Of a DNA stretch of 64,000 nt, positions 15,001 through 27,900 are shown piece by piece. Below the pieces are notes generated by a model. The model saw only the letters and a list, made by a program, of their open reading frames with translations, searched no databases and was not told the DNA's origin. The first letter of the stretch is position 1. Each line of letters starts with the position of its first letter. This stretch comes from Acanthaster planci. Lineage: Eukaryota. Made by a program: the position numbers and the translations under genes. The stretch lies in the NCBI RefSeq assembly GCF_001949145.1, contig NW_019091360.1:2602864-2666863 (forward strand), given 5' to 3'.

Positions 15001-18000
15001 CTTTGTTTACACTCAAAATACCTGCTAAGTTACTATTTTGCCCATGCAAAATACCAATCACCTTGATTGTCGTGCCCATGATGGTGTTCCTCATCTGGCA
15101 TGTTCCTGAGCCAGGTTAGTAGTTCTAATTAGGCATTATTTCATTCACTTTGATCCGAGCTGTAGTATTCTTAACCTACAGCAAACCCACTCTAACGAAC
15201 GAAGGGATGTTGAATGAACTTTCTGCTGTTTGTGCCTACCATGGACTGTGTTCGCTCACCAAAGTACAGGTACCTACATCCACATGTAACTATGGCATGT
15301 TTTATGTTAATCACGGAAAGGAATAAAAACTGAAAAAGAAAAGTGATGCATTACTTGCAAAACCATTGCTGGTTATAGTAATTTTCTGAATGTCAGCACA
15401 AGTCTGTTATTCAGCCTGTGGGTTATGATGTTGATTTTTAAGTGAAATAAACTATTACCAACTGACAAATCCAGTGACTTTTCACGGGACATTCTGGATG
15501 GCTCCCCTACAACGGCAGGGTCCCCAGAGTCCCTGGCATTGGGATTTTGTGCAGAGATGCTGTAATGGAAGAGTGGCTCTGTCATGTCTGTACAGCAGCC
15601 ATTGCAACATTCACCCCACTGGTGGGGATCACTGCAAATAACCAGTGATACATGTAGTGCTACCAGGGTCATCTGATTTGTCTATTTACAAACACCATCA
15701 CTGTTGAAATCAATGAAAATGATAAGAAAAACAAAAGTCACAAAATAAGACAAACCAATCCACAACTCTGGAATCTACCTGCTGATTGTTTGTTGGAGCT
15801 CCTGGGGCGAGACAAAGAACTTGACCTGCAGACTGAGTCTATGGGGCGGCTTGGTGTTCAGCTGAAGCTTGAGTGGATTTCGAAGATTGAGCCAGAGTAA
15901 TTCTCCCTTCTTGGAGCGGTAACGCAGGCCAAAGTACTCCCTCTCAATGAGTCCGACATCATCACAAACCTGATCAGAGAAGTAAATAATGAGTATGCTC
16001 AAAACAAAGCGCATCGTACAGTGAACCATTTGAGAACATCAGTACATGTGTGCTAGGTTTGCCCCTTCAGCGCACCAGTACGTCGACCCATTCACACTGA
16101 ACATGTTCAAACTGGTGCATCTGGATGTTGGTCCCTGTATTCTCAAATGACCTTGCCTTTTTTTTTAAACAATACTGTTCTTTCCGCAAAATGTTGTATA
16201 AATATGGTAAAATATAAGCTGAAAGGGTAGCATCGCTAACTTAATTGTTTCTCTTTAGTGTTCAGGTACTGCGGATATTTCACCGTGGATGGGTTACGTG
16301 TACATGTATATCTTTTTGTTTTTTTCATTACTGTTCTAAGTTTTTCCCCGGACATGTATGGTCAGTCGTTTCAGCAGTCCTTTAAGACTTTTTGTTTTCC
16401 TGAAAATGTGCTTTTCCCATAAATAAAGAATATATTAAGACAAATTTCACACTACCGGAAATCCCTGATTCTGTAGATTTTGATATTGTGTACAATGTGC
16501 AGCCACTGGGTGATAATCTAAACCTAGCTTTCGATCACCACTTCATGTTTACTAGTGCACGTATATCTGTCATGGCTCCTGACCAGAGACATCTTGGATT
16601 AAACTTCCTACTATTGTAATTCTTCTTCTTTGCTTTTACGTTTCAATCTAACTTTCTACTTTCTTTTTTTGAAAACTGTGTTTTGTAATTGTCTCATATT
16701 TTACAAACTTACTTTTTATCTTGTACTCAGACATATTTAGTCTACAGACATGCTGCATGATCCGTATGTTTAATAAACCATTATGAAATGAAATGAAATA
16801 AAATAAAGCACATTTCCTGAACTGTGTCATTACACTGACTGTACAATAGACCCTGTAACAATTAACTGGTATTCAGTATTTTGCAGTTTTCAAATTTGTT
16901 TTGTTGGCATCTTTAATACGTCCATTTGTACAAGTAGACTTTACAGTTTTTGCCTACCAGCAACAGACTATGGCAGGCTATCCGTGCCTCCCCCCCCCAA
17001 AAAAAAATTAACACTAATTTATAATGTTGAAACTCTTTACACAACAACATGTACTACTGTACATGATAAATGAATTAACTTCTCCTCTACGGGCAGTACA
17101 ACTGAAACAAACGTGCACTGCACTTTGATTTAAAAGAAAACCCTTGAACATTCTGCGAACTTTGGCGGGCAAAAAAAACACTGGGTGAAGTTTGTACATA
17201 GTTTAGTCCAAAGATCATATAGCGCCGCGAAGTGGCGCAAGATGGCGAACTTCACCGTGAATATACGTAAAACGTTGTAATCGCATGGGCGCCATTTGAG
17301 CAAGCGATACGCCTGCGTAATGCACATTAATGCACAGGCGCAGCGGCAGTCACGTGCACCTGGTGAGCCTGCGCCCAAGCATTACCGTAAACTGCGCAGG
17401 CGTACTGCTTGCTCAAATGGCACCCATGATAATTACACCTTTTGGGCAGAGTTATCCATCTTGTGCCTTTGGCGCTACACGATCTTTGCTTTAGTCTTAT
17501 TCGGGCCCCCTTCATTCACTTTGGATGTGAAGAAGACAAGAAGTAAATCTTTCAATGACAAAAAATGAAGGCTTGGACTGTATTTCTGTATTACTGAATG
17601 GTGTTTTTTCAATATCGAACAATACAAACTGTAGATGAATAAATCCATAAATATCCAGATACAAGCAAGAGGGAGAGGCGGCGATGTCAGGGCACGTGAT
17701 ACGTGCTGCATTGTAAAGCTAGCTGTTTACACACGTTTAAAATGTTTGAGAAATATGTAATTCAGGGAGTGACAACATTTTGCAAAGATATGGTTATGAA
17801 GTTGTGAGACCAATAAAGTTTCTGTTTTCCATACAGTTTGGGAATTCATTTAATGCGAAATGGTCGAGCTGATTAGTGTGGTTCACTGACCACAGATTTC
17901 CCAGACGTCTCTATACATGTACATAATCTTAGCAGGAGTAGTCGGAATTATGGGGACTGGTATCCAAAGCAACATAAACGTTTGTTATGCGAATACGCTG

Positions 18001-19136
18001 CACCTGTGTTTTGTCATGTGACGTACGGCCACAAGAGAATGCAGATGTGTGTGGAGAAATGAAAGGTGAGGATGGTAGAAAAAACTCATTTATTGCCAAA
18101 CGCTATAAAATACAATCATGCTCGGTAGTTCCATATAGGTTAACTATTATTATAGAGTCTTCAGGGAAAGATTTGCTTCAGAAAGCACTAACAAAGGTTT
18201 CATCTGGTACTCCAACTGGGCAGCTTTCAAAATGCCATAGCATGCGGAACCACCAAAAAGGTGGAGTGCAGGAAGGTCTACGGAGTAGTACATGAACCTT
18301 TCTGTTCAGGAAGTAGCCAACATGTACATGTACATGCAATGTCTCATCCAGCAATCTAGCCAGTCCAGTGGACAGAAAGTCTTATCACCAGTTTTTGAAA
18401 ATCTTTTCAGACAGAAAAATGTACAACTTACAAGAAAATGCTTTCCATGTCATGCAGCAAAGGCAGCCTATCTGCAGTAGGTCTGTTGTCAAATAATATT
18501 TTAAGCCTCGTACTACTGTGCTCTGGTTCTCCAACGAAAAAACAATGGTGGTTATCGCCCACTCAACAATTAAGAGTGAATCAATGCAATCTAGGTCCCT
18601 TTACACACATAAATCACTAGGCCTAGGCCCCGGCATTTGCAAGCTTTGGGACCCCCGTTTTTATCATTTGTACAAAAGAGGTAGAACTGCAAAAGAGTAC
18701 AATCTTGGGTAATGTTCTCTTAATGATACTGACCCTATTCTTTGTGAATTTAAATCAATAAATTAGAAGAAAATGCAACTTTGTTACATAATTTTCTGAC
18801 ACTGACACACCAGACCGTGATGTCCTCGTGCTTGCTTTTACCCAGAATTTCCCCTATAAATTGGAACCCTGCCCCTCTTTGCACAAAATTATTCCTGCAG
18901 TTATTCAGCATGGAGAGAGCGTTATCCAGTAAAGTGAGTTTTAAAGTTTAAAAGTAAGTTTCTATTTTATTATAGGACATGGAGGAACAGGGTCCCGAAA
19001 GCGCCCCATAGGCAGTACAATTTAAAGGGCCCAGGGGCGCCAAGCCTACCTTGTCCATCAAAACTTGTCCATGCGAATCTTTCGGAAGGTGATATTCCCT
19101 CACAATGTACGGAGACTCGCTGATAAAACACCACAT
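1..19136 (-). CDS. MYLIP: MYLIP/IDOL-like FERM-domain protein (3' end, including the expected RING, lies beyond the left edge)
   Basis: Coding exons 19136-19050 (MWCFISESPYIVREYHLPKDSHGQVLMDK), 15969-15779 (VCDDVGLIEREYFGLRYRSKKGELLWLNLRNP...QVKFFVSP), 7810-7649, 6203-5985 (GYGVEYF..VIGV), 5183-5000 (LFRAFTESHTFFR), 4416-4234 (CENV..YGKIYRFDITKTRRQTYDNAW) and 119-1. All introns are GT-AG with matching phases. The motifs parallel MYLIP (YFGLQF..KGESLWLNLRN, RAITETHAFYRCDTV, KKYVFDIKRT). Orthologue versus paralogue is not resolved. Confidence 0.85.
1289..1349. mobile_element. 61-bp piggyBac-like mini element (TTAA-flanked, CCCTAAC..GTTAGGG ends), copy 1
   Basis: TTAA at 1285-1288 and 1350-1353 flank 7-bp terminal inverted repeats. 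A second copy of the same length lies inverted at 6783-6843. Confidence 0.6.
2950..3710. mobile_element. Tigger/pogo-like non-autonomous DNA transposon
   Basis: Left end TA|CAGTAAAACCTTGATAAG. Right end reverse-complements to TA|CAGTGAAACCTCGATAAC. TA flanks both sides and no transposase ORF is present. Confidence 0.65.
6783..6843. mobile_element. 61-bp piggyBac-like mini element, copy 2 (inverted relative to copy 1)
   Basis: CCCTAACCCCCTTGGGTGTATGAAAATC...GGGACTGTTAGGG matches the reverse complement of 1289-1349. Flanks ATAA/ATAG look like decayed TTAA. Confidence 0.55.
7038..7125. repeat. Two-copy ~44-bp tandem duplication in a MYLIP intron
   Basis: CACAAGG(C/T)ACACT(A/G)TGTGACTGAGGGCCCA..ACCAGATGGCT occurs twice head to tail. 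Confidence 0.85.
9057..9224. mobile_element. Palindromic MITE with TA flanks (Tc1/mariner-type)
   Basis: Imperfect inverted arms of ~65 bp (TTCACAATAGT.CGCCTCCAAGAGTTT.CAA..) with TA at 9055-9056 and 9225-9226. Confidence 0.7.
11126..11192 (+). mobile_element. tRNA-derived SINE fragment
   Basis: Pol III B-box/T-arm GGTTCGAGTCCC at 11159-11170 followed by a T run. No intact acceptor stem or D arm. Confidence 0.45.
17204..17493. mobile_element. Long palindromic (foldback) MITE in MYLIP intron 1
   Basis: Nested inverted arms: CAAAGATCATATAGCGCC / GGCGCTACACGATCTTTG and CATGGGCGCCATTTGAGCAAGCGATACGCCTGCG / CGCAGGCGTACTGCTTGCTCAAATGGCACCCATG. Confidence 0.7.
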
Positions 19137-19661
19137 GGTTACTCATTGCTACACTATGTACACCCTACAATGTAAACCGACTAATTAGTATCATTTGTTG
19201 CCAGGAAACAGCTAACGTTAGATGTCGTCCTTTTCAGCAGGGCTCAATGCCATGTTTACGGCAACATTTCCAATGTTGCCCTTTTATTTTCCACTTTTTT
19301 CCACTTTAGTCGGATATCCGTATTGGAAAAACACAGGGCTTTATTGTTTGTAGTCTGGAGACAAGTTCCATGCTGCCTACAAATTCCGTCGTCGTGAAAG
19401 AGGTTGAGAGTCCTTGTTCCCGTGGGATTATCGCTCATAACAACCCAACACAATGACGGCCATTGTGCTCAAATCCCATGTTTGACATCAGAGAGGTCAT
19501 GTTGAATTAAAGGATATTTTTACCATGTGTGACGGGTTGTTCTTTTGTTGACAATTCTAAAATAAAATTTCCTAATCCACAGCTGCCCTCCTTTTGCCTG
19601 TTTTTACCACTGATATGCGGCAAGCTCATGGTGACAATGAGGCCATTAGTCCTACCCACCT

Positions 19662-19910
19662 CAGGGGCGGATCCAGGGGGTGGGAACGTAAACTAAAGTA
19701 ATAAATAAATGCCTAGAACAACAGTCATACTACTTATAAAAAGGAAGACATTCTGTAAGGATTATTATTTGTACACCACAGTGTATATCCATCATCCACG
19801 TGTCCGTGTGTCAGCAACGATCGGACATAAAATAAATATCTGGGGGGGGGGGCTTGACCCGACAGGGAAACTCCTGCGTCTGCCTCTGTACGTACCTGTT
19901 TGTGCCCCTG
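19662..19910. mobile_element. Possible Harbinger-type MITE remnant upstream of the MYLIP start
   Basis: Begins CAGGGGCGGATCCAGGGGG and ends GTGCCCCTG. A related end (CCCCCTGGATCCATCCTTG) occurs near 6678-6697. Confidence 0.4.
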
Positions 19911-21951
19911 CTTAGAAAATTTCATTAGCCCTTCCCATACATGAACGTTAATTTAAGTCCATCTCAGTAATAGTTTGACTTATGCCATTTGTTTAGGGGC
20001 TTGAATTCTGTAATCATTGGAGGACTGGAGGCTTTGTGGACACGTGAAAAGCCACGTTAAATAATTATAAACGTTATGTTTCTCTCCTGTATTTTGCTAA
20101 GACCAGCGGTGTTACTACGGGAAGGGGGTGCAGTAAAAGCCCCTGCAGATCTATTACCCCCCCCCCAATAATTTAAACAAACTTTGTACAAGCTGCGGTT
20201 ATAATAAGCTTTCTTTACCCCTCTGAAAAAATGTGTGCACCTCGAGCACTCTGTAGAATCTTCCTGCCAATTACACTGGCTCGGATATAATACCAGATTG
20301 ATTATCAAATCAATTAGAATTGGCTGCATGGACGGGGTCCAAGTGTGTTTCAAAGCAGCTTTTATAAAACTTCCAGCTGATACAATCGTGACATGACATG
20401 AATTTTGTCCAATATTGGATTATGCGAGTATTTATGAGTGCAACGGTATGAATAGTTGACGTCACGTGATCTGCAAATCACCAATAAGACGACGGGATTT
20501 ATTTAGGCATTGTGTAAACCATGTCAAACTCTGCAGGGTGGTCTTTGATCTGTTTAAACGGTTACGGTCATTCATCATAAAGTGACACTAACTGTCATAG
20601 TATATTACACAGATTTCCAAGTGGATATATTTTCCATGCTTTTTATTTCATATCAAATAGCACAATATGTGATCAGCTGTACAAACGGCAAGCACTTTAT
20701 ATAAAAAATACCGAATAGCGAGAATACACAAGTCACTTTATACAAGCCTTTGACCAGATAGACAACATTAATAATCGATAACAGTAATTGCATTGTTTGG
20801 CACTGCTTTGAACCAATTAAAATACTGATATTTGGTATAGATTTAAACTTTACACACAAACAATTTTGACACCGTGAAACCAGTTTTTAAGATGCAGCAC
20901 TAATCAAGGTGTCATAACCGCCACAATCGTTTGATGCTAAATTACACTGTACTGAACTTAATAAAAACAAGTTATCGAAATTAACAATGATCATCAGAGA
21001 GAAAGCATAATATTTGCATTGGGTATGGGTAATTCCAATCGTTAAATCCTTACACAAAATTTAGTTAAGCAGAAACACATTATCTGCAGGACGACCAATG
21101 TTAATTTCTGCACAGTCGATAAATATGGTGTATACAAATTTCTTAGGTGTTTTCTATTTACAATGACAGCCTTGTATAAAACATACGCATTAAATTGTTC
21201 TAATACTGAATATGTCTTAATTGTTACTGTGCAATAAATGCTGGACTTTTTTCTTTAAATCTTCAATCAAAACCTGAAATATATTATTAGGCCTATACCC
21301 AGAGATATTCTCTGCCGATTGCTCAAAACAATACGATGGCTGGTAAAATCTCCCAAATAAACATAATTGCATAAACAGCTTCTTACCATTTGCACGTATT
21401 TACCCTGTATATTTGTGGGACTTACGTCATGGATGAAATTGTTGAAAGAACAATAATACTGATTGCTTTAACTTGTTACAATTTCTCTATACTGAGCATG
21501 TGAAGAATTTACAGCCTTTAAATGTCAATATTGCAAAATTTATCTTTAGAAATACATTTATCGGATTCAGAACACTCATAATATTGTACAATATAATTAT
21601 AATACCTGAAAATATCAATCGTTGGGCAGATTGACGTTGTGAAATAATCGTGAATATTGTATCACTGGGTAAAACCAGGCTCTTTTGGTGTAATCATACA
21701 CAGAATTGCCAATTGCCGCACTGCACTGAACTTGCACGCAGAAAATCGAGTACATATAAAAAAGGAAATACTGTTTTGGTAACGATGCTTGATATATTGT
21801 GAACACAAGTTATTGCAGATATTGAAACAGAAATACTTCGGTTAATTTCTAAAGAGGATATTTCTCTTTCTTTCTTGCCACATATCTCAATTACGCAGAT
21901 TCACATATCAGAGGAAATTACTATCAGTCTTCATCACTTCATCACCACAAT

Positions 21952-24900
21952 TTATACTTCCAATGTGGAATCTTTTCCGGCCGCCCCACTTGTCCGTCTG
22001 CACTGCATGAAAACTAGAACAACCAGTAGGAAGATGATGGTGCCCAACATGGCAATCTCCACGACGTCTGGATTGACGGCCATCTTCATTTGGTTTTGAT
22101 TGGCATCTGTAAGTCGAAAAGAAAAGATATATCTTTATTGTGATCAAGTATCATTCATACAGCCCCCCAAAAAATCAATATGGAATTGGATTGGCACGAG
22201 GATAGACATTAGTATTATTTTTCCCCCGAAAACTACATCAAATGTTTTCAATTTGACATTTTCATAAAATATCACACTGTATGGCACCACTTACCAATCT
22301 TTTCACCATCAAATCTCAACTGGCCGCCAGTGCTCGGATAGGCGGCTGAGGAGGAGCCCACTCTTGTGAGGTCGCGCTTTCGGCGTTGAGGCAGCTCACT
22401 GTGCGGCACATCGCCTCGGTTTGGTACCTCTGGCCGGAGCACATTGTCATCTGGAGATGGTATCCCGGGAGATGATGGGCTGTCGGAGTCACATCCCATG
22501 GTGCATCTAGAGTTGGGGTCATTCACGTCACAAATTCTCATGTCGCAGTGCACGTATACCTGAAAGTACAAAATATTTCGGGAAATTAATACCCCTGTTT
22601 CGGAAAAGAGTCTATTTTAAACAGACAAAGACCTCACGAGAAAGAGTTTCTCAAAAACTGCACAAATTAGTCTCTGTACGCACCGTTCCGTGGATGTTGT
22701 CGCCCAAGAAGGCAAAAGAGTTAATAGCAAATCGTTCCCTTTTGCTTGAGGGGGAGTCCAACAGCACAACGGTGTCATCAACTGGGCAGCTGGAACAATG
22801 GAAACAAAAGATACAAATTATACATTTTTGATAAAATGAAACAGCGACTAAAACTCTCTTTATTTTTGTAATCACAGAACAAAGCTCACAAAAAGTGCTT
22901 GGTATTGTACAGAAGAGGGGAGGAATCTTTTGGTTGATTTTAGATTCAGAATTTGAATGATAAAAGTCCTGTTAGATACTTACCCTTTGGTAATGAATGG
23001 AAATCGGGTAACATCAAAGGGGTTTGACGTAGGTGTGGCCCAACAGTTGTCAATCATGAGGTCGCAGTTCCCGTCACAGGTCACGCGCCCCTCGAAGTGC
23101 ATAGGTTGGTCAAGCTGGACCCCCACGGGAAACTCCCGTGGCCGGTAGGCCCGGGCAAAGCTCTCGTCCTCGTACATGCGGAGGGAGAAGTTGAAGTTGC
23201 CGTAGCCTTCCTCGTAGTACACGATGGTGGTGACGTTGGGATCGAAGGACAGGTAGCTGATCCGGTCGGTTGGCACGCGGCAGGTCAGATGTATCTCGAT
23301 GAAATGGTCTCTGGTGATCTCACTGCCTGGGGTGTAGGGCTGAGGTGGGATGTAGACCACGTTCCTAAATGCCATTTTTCTTCCATTCCCGATCACCTGC
23401 AAAACACGTTATGGCAAGAATTAATAGATGCACCGCTGACGAAAAGAAATTTTACAGCGCCTACTGCCACAGCTTGTTTGGTAATTTTAAGTCAGAGTTA
23501 AGAAAACATTGGTTACCTCGGGCACCGTCTGACAGGCGTCGTATGACGTTCCGATGACGTAGTGCGTCTTGTTGTATTCTCTCCCTGTGCAGCTCTTGTC
23601 GTTCAGGTACATGGATGTTGGGTCGATCCCACCCACCAAGCGCTTCGACACGAACGTCTGCATGAAGTTCTCACGGCAGTCTGCGTTGCCTGTCGGCTGT
23701 GAGCTTACCACGGGTTTCTTTTCAAGTTCCGCCGGCGATGTACGACCTGAAAATGTAAATAACGAATTATAACATAAAGATTAGGATCAATTGAAAATAC
23801 TCATTATGTGCACTTGCAAATATAATTGCAAACTTATCATAAACGTAAAATATCAAAACTCTACGGGAAAAGAATCCCTGTGAATTTGAGGGAAAGCATA
23901 CCAGTCCATTTGAAGCGCCAATCAGCCCCAGTGGGCACCGTAACATCGCACTCCTTGGTGCTTCTTGCCGCACCCTCGTCAACTACGATCTTGTAGTCGA
24001 ACCCGAAGAAAACCGACGCAGCGACCGGCAGAGAGAACTTCAGGGCCCTGCCCTCGATCGTGACCTCATCTGATGTGGTGTCTACCTCGTACACAGCTGA
24101 CTCCTCCGAGTTCATAATCCTCACGTGGGCGGGCGACAACGGCTTCCGGATCTGTTTACACAAAAAGATAACAGTTTCAAGGGGGATTCTTCACGAATCA
24201 TTCTCTTGAGATGCCACAAATTCTCTCAGTGCAGAAGCCTAGCACTTAAAGAGAATTTAAAAGGAATTTAAATATGCGATAGTCTAGAATTGTTCATGAA
24301 GCAAAAATAGGCATCAAGTGGGCTTTATGCGAAATAATGTCAGTTATAGGCTAGGAGTGTGATTTGAAGCGCAAATAGGATTTACCGGTTTGTTATACTG
24401 TATTGTGACGTCGTAACCAGAGATGTTTCCACCAGGCCTTGGCTGCGATTCGAGAGGGACAACGGCCAAGGGTTCGAAGTCGGCCCCTCCGTCCTGGCAG
24501 AAAGTCAGGAAAGTGAAGCGCCACTCGGCAGTGTCCGGCCGGGACAGATCACAGTCCTGGGCGCTGAGCGCCGCCCAGCCGTCCACACGCAGCTTGTACT
24601 CGCCCTGGGACTCCAGCGGGAGATCCAAGGGTAAGGTGAAGCCAAGGGAAGTACCTTCGACGATAGACACATCGGGAGATGCAGCGTCGACTTGAAAGAG
24701 GAGGGTGTCGGTAGAGTCGAAAAGAGAGATGTAGGCTGGTCTTAAGGGCTTCTGGATCTATAAAGGAAAATGTTAAAATTAGCATAATGCTTTTGTTACA
24801 AATATAATATATTAGATGAAAAGACTTTTAATCTTTAATATAATTTTTTTTTTATTATAAATGAAAATGTAAATTTTAGTTACTAAATTAAAGGGCGTAA

Positions 24901-27900
24901 TATTTCAATCTGATGATTTTATAAATGTTGAATTATAACCGTGCAACTTTGTGTTCGGTCTACCTGTTTGTTGAAGCCGATCTTCATCATTCTACCAGCG
25001 AAGTTTTGTCCAGGGTAAGGAGATGATTCTGTGGGTCTAACTGAGAGCGGCTCGTAGTCGCCACCGTCGGGACAGAAGGTGACGAAGCCGAACTCCCACT
25101 CGGCTGGAGGCGGTGGGACGAGGTCGCAGTCCTGGGCGCTTCGCACCGCCCCTTCGTCCACGCGGATGCTGTAACCCCCTCCGAACTGCAGTGGGAGACC
25201 CAGGGACAAGACGAAGCTCAGGGTGTCTCCGTCGATGGTAACGTCTGGGGAAGACGTGTCGACTTGGAGAATGGGGAAGCCAAAGGCGTCCAGAATTGTG
25301 ATGTAGGCTGAGTCGGACGATTTCTGAATCTGCATTTTAAAAACAAATTTTTGATTATTGTTAAAAAGCATGACGGGTAGATTCATTCGCAACGGCAACT
25401 GAGCTGTAATCAAAAAAGTAATATTTATTAATCTATAACTATCTACTGATAACTGGGAGATGGTTTCGTTTTTATAAATGATATCATAATCGATATTGGA
25501 CGCACCTCTTTGTTGTATTTTATCATCATAGTTTGTCCGGCAAAATTCTCCCCTGGAAAGGGCACTGATTGGCTAGGAAGAACCGTTAGAGGCTCGTACG
25601 ATTCCTCGTCTCTACAGAACGTGACGAAGACGAAGTCCCACTCGGCTGGAGGTGGTGGGACGAGGTCGCAGTCCTGGGCGCTTCGCACCGCCCCTTCGTC
25701 CACGCGGATGCTGTAACCCCCTCCGAACTGCAGTGGGAGACCCAAGGACAAGACGAAGCTCAGGGTGTCTCCGTCGATGGTAACGTCTGGGGAAGATGTG
25801 TCGACTTGGAGAACGGGGAAGCCGAAGGCGTCCAGCATTGTGATGTAGGCTGAGTCAGACGATTTCTGAATCTGCATTTTAAAAACAATTTTTTGTTTAT
25901 TGTTAAAAAGCATGACGGGTAGATTCATTCGCAAAGGCAACTGAGCTGTTGTTAAAAAGTTCATATCTATTAATCCACAGCTTTTCTGCTGATAACTGGG
26001 AGATGATTTCATTTTAATAATTCGATATCATAATCGATATTGGACCTACCTCTTTGTTGTATTTTATCATTACAGTTTGTCCGGCAAAATTCTCCCCTGG
26101 AGAGGGAACTGATTGGCTAGGAAGAACCGTTAGAGGCTCGTACGGTTCCTCGTCGCTACAGAACGTGACGAAGACAAAGTCCCACTCCGCCATAGGCGGG
26201 AAGCCTTGCTCACACGCCCGAGCACTAACCACGGCGCCCTCATCCACTCGGAGCCGGTACCATCCCCGGTGTTCCAGTGACAGAGTCAAGGGTACCGAGA
26301 AGCTCAGGGTCCTGCCGCTAACGGTTACATCAGCTGTTGAAGTGTCGACTCTGAAAATGGAGGAGCCAGTGCGGTCGTAGATAGTGACGTAAGCACTAGA
26401 CGATGGTTGCTGGATCTGTAGCATTGACAAATAGCCAAAAATTGTGGTTATCAAAACAGCGCTTACTTACTGGGAGTTCTGTTTGTCACTTAAATATAAA
26501 CTCATTTTTTTGAGGCGAAAACCCTTTGCATTAAATGAAATACTTCATGTCAGGTGATGGGCTTAAGATACATTACCTCTTTGTTGTATGTGACGCTAAC
26601 AACGTTTCCAAACATCTCGGCGCCTGGAGCCGGCACAGATTCAGCGGGCGACACGACCAGCGGGGTATTATCGCCGTCACAGAACGACTCGAAGACAAAC
26701 ATCCACTCGTCGCCCAGTGGGGCGGCCTCGCAGTCCACGGCACTCTTCGCCACCCCCTCGTCCACGCGAACTTTGTAGGCGGTGCCGCGTTGCAGTGGAA
26801 GATCGTAGGGGAGAGTGAAGCTCAGGGTCTGGCCGCTGACTGTCACATCGGAGGAGGATGAGTCAACTTGATACAGAGGGTTGTTGCTGGCTTCGAGAAT
26901 GGAGATGAAAGTAGATCTGGAGGCTTTCCGGATCTGTCAACAAAGTGTTTGAAATTAAAATTTTTCCTTTTATAGTAATATTAACATACACAATTTTATA
27001 GATTAAAACTTAAATAAATCTTTTTCTGAGGAATTTTAAACACATAAATTCACAATCAATAACTGTACCAATCAATCAGTTTTACCTCTCTGCTGTATGC
27101 AATGCTGATGGTATCCCCTCTTAGCCTGGCTCCGGGTCGTGGCGTGGACTCATACGGATCAACCACCAATGGTGGACCAAAGTCAGCCGCGTCTGGAAAG
27201 CGGAGTTAGTGAAAACATGGTGAAAACAAAACCTTTGATTGCAGTTTTCCACACAGGAAAGAAAAAAGTCAGGAGAGCAGATATGTCTTTCATTATGCTT
27301 TTACTTGGGCAGGACCATGCACGCTCTATAAAAAATAACCAGACGGAATCTTAAATTAGTGAACACTGAAACGATCACAAAAGACGCCTTTGTAACTCAC
27401 CTACAACATTTACATACATGCAGAACATATCACTTGAGAACTTGTACGCTTCTTCCGCTTCATAACAAATCACGTGACGTCCAATCTGATCTCTAGTTGG
27501 TACCCAGGAAAGTGTTACTGTGTACTCATCGTTAGACCCGTCCACTCTCCGCAAAGGGGTGACATGTACGCCGGAAGGCTTGATGGTCTCGAAGGAAGTT
27601 ATACTGTAGCAGATGATAAACAAGAGTTGATAAGCACAGGAAACATTAAACCGACAGAACAAAATAAAAAAACCTAAATATCCTGTTATCAAATCCCGGT
27701 GAGTGGAATACCAGCGTTAGTTATTAGCATGACTTGGATATGCAGATGTTTGAAATATTAGCAAATAATTTCTAGAAAGTATGATGAGATTTCAGCTAGG
27801 TCGACGCAAATCAGAAAAAAAAATTACGGACTTACGGATAGTCAGGGAAGGAACTACGAGCTCTGAGGGGGATTCGCGTCTCACGGCCGGCGGGGATGGT

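Noticed and set aside
23097..23501. Plus-strand ORFs opposite coding exons (also 26054-26380, 27781-28146, 57653-58081)
   Set aside because: They are antisense shadows of GC-rich exons with no recognisable motifs.
23902..27192. Bacterial contamination as the source of the Big_5-like repeats
   Set aside because: The repeats are split by canonical spliceosomal introns and are in frame with an animal ZP module.
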